Assembly: GCF_964355755.1 (NCBI RefSeq)
Contig: NC_092675.1
Coordinates: 16,402,912 to 16,466,911, forward strand
Length of the DNA: 64,000 nt
Direction: 5' to 3'
Source: Antedon mediterranea
Lineage: Eukaryota; Animalia; Echinodermata
Both the position numbers and the translations under genes were made by a program. Position 1 is the first letter of the stretch; each line of letters starts with the position of its first letter. Shown here one piece after another: positions 62,504 through 64,000 of this stretch. Below the pieces are notes generated by a model that saw only the letters and a list, made by a program, of their open reading frames with translations, was not told the DNA's origin and ran no database searches.

Positions 62504-62690
62504 GTAAGTTTTATTAATAGTATTTAATATAATAAGCCATTGTAACGGAAGGAATCTGCTAAATATAGCCCAATTATTTTGGGGTTTTTATAAACAATTT
62601 TTTTGGGGAGGGTTCTTTGAAGGTGATTTTTTATTTTTTTTTTTTTGAGAGGAGAATATTGTACGTCGTTAACATTATTCAGTTTATTAA

Positions 62691-63211
62691 AGATGTATTG
62701 TCCCTTGAAACACAAAAAAATGAAGGTAAGAATATTCTAAATTTAAATTGGCCATATCAAAGTAATATTAAAGTTATTCACTTTCAGTCGAAAATTCGAG
62801 CCAAAAACATCAGGTTTACGTAATTAACAGCTAAATTAATTTGATTACATTTCGTCTGGAAAATTGTCACGAGCGAAAGTAAACAAAGATTTCAAACCAT
62901 AATTATACATTATGCATGATGCTAATTAGGATTGTTTACAACTCGTCAGGGTTGAGAAGGGTTTTTCACCGAAATCGCGAGGAAGTTTTATGATTATGCA
63001 TACAGAGTAGCCAAATAAGCACATTGCATTATGACTGGAAGTCAAAGTTATTTTTTTAACCAAAAAACGTCTGTATTTCAGTTAAATTTTTTTTTTTCCG
63101 ACTAATTTTTGGTGAAAGTTAATAACTATTATGATACTTCAAAATGACCCACTTTTTTTCGAAATCTTTTATTTTTTATTTTTTGGGAATTTGACAAAGG
63201 GACAATACAAT
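62691..63211. mobile_element. TTAA-TSD MITE (Kolobok-like), same family as 17460-17942
   Basis: TTAA-AGATGTATTGTCCCTT...AAGGGACAATACA; internal sequence is collinear with the first copy. Confidence 0.85.
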
Positions 63212-64000
63212 TTACAATACAAATACAATACAAATTTTATTTCAAAATTTTATTTGAAAAAGGTTTTTTTTGGGTGGACTCTTTTACAGACACTTACAGT
63301 ATTTACAATAAAGGTGTTTAAGCAGATAATAGACCTATAATGTATTTAGATAATTGTTGACTGGTTGGTTGGCTCCACCCAATTATACACCCAGAAACAC
63401 CCAGTATAATTATATTTCTATAATAAATAATGGTTTATTTCATTATTTTGTGTCTGTTTTACATTATCAGTTATTAGTAGTTCAACAATATATCATTTCA
63501 TTTTTAACCATTTGGAATTGTTTTGTTTGTGTGTTCATTTTTATGGATTTACATTTTTTTTTATTTCAATGGTGTTGATATTTAATATTTTGCAATTTTT
63601 TTGTGTGTGAGATTTACTGTATTTATTACCTATTTGCTACTTCTGTAATTGTGGTCTAGAGCAGTAACTTTAAAATTAACCAGCATTACAATACCGCGCA
63701 CAATTTACCGCCGGCTTTCTTTTGCGTATTTTTTGTGTGGATATATTATTTCTGAACATGCTCAGAATTAATTTCTGACTGTTTTATATACAGTGACATA
63801 CAGTGTCAAATTACTGTTATTTTTTGCCTTTTTTTGGTGTTTATCCTTAATAAAATTCAGGAAAGTGATCGTGTGCGGCCCGCCCCTTCATAGATTCATA
63901 GACATCACGTACCATTCAGAGGCTTTGGTGGAGATACCTAAAATTATGCGAACAATTTAGTAGCATTATATATAGATGCCCTGCTTTGAATAAACTCCCC

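Overview
AT-rich, intron-rich animal genomic DNA, probably an invertebrate deuterostome such as an echinoderm (the taxon is an inference). Genes reconstructed by hand from splice sites and reading frames, in order: HYI (minus, 8 exons, 269 aa), head-to-head with DEPDC1 (plus, 10 exons, about 1084 aa) across a CCAAT/CDE-CHR promoter; an inversin-like ankyrin-repeat gene (minus, 12 coding exons, about 637 aa); a small type-I membrane protein with three antistasin-like repeats (minus, 5 exons, 178 aa); three intronless paralogous ORFs sharing an N-terminal coiled coil and a C-terminal LPP[IV]...CRY[LV]R motif, each preceded by RFX X-box-like sites; and the first coding exon of an Erbin/LRRC7-type LAP gene. 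Repeats include a 7.4-kb nested stack of HINE/DINE-1-like (Helentron) elements, many MITEs, tRNA-derived SINEs, a 5'-truncated CR1/L2-group LINE, a tRNA-Asn pseudogene with a clean 19-nt deletion, and several tandem arrays. The strongest candidates for something undescribed are the CRYLR paralogue trio, the apparently self-targeting Helentron stack, and a triplicated splice acceptor in the antistasin-like gene. Family names come from recalled sequence similarity; no database search was run.
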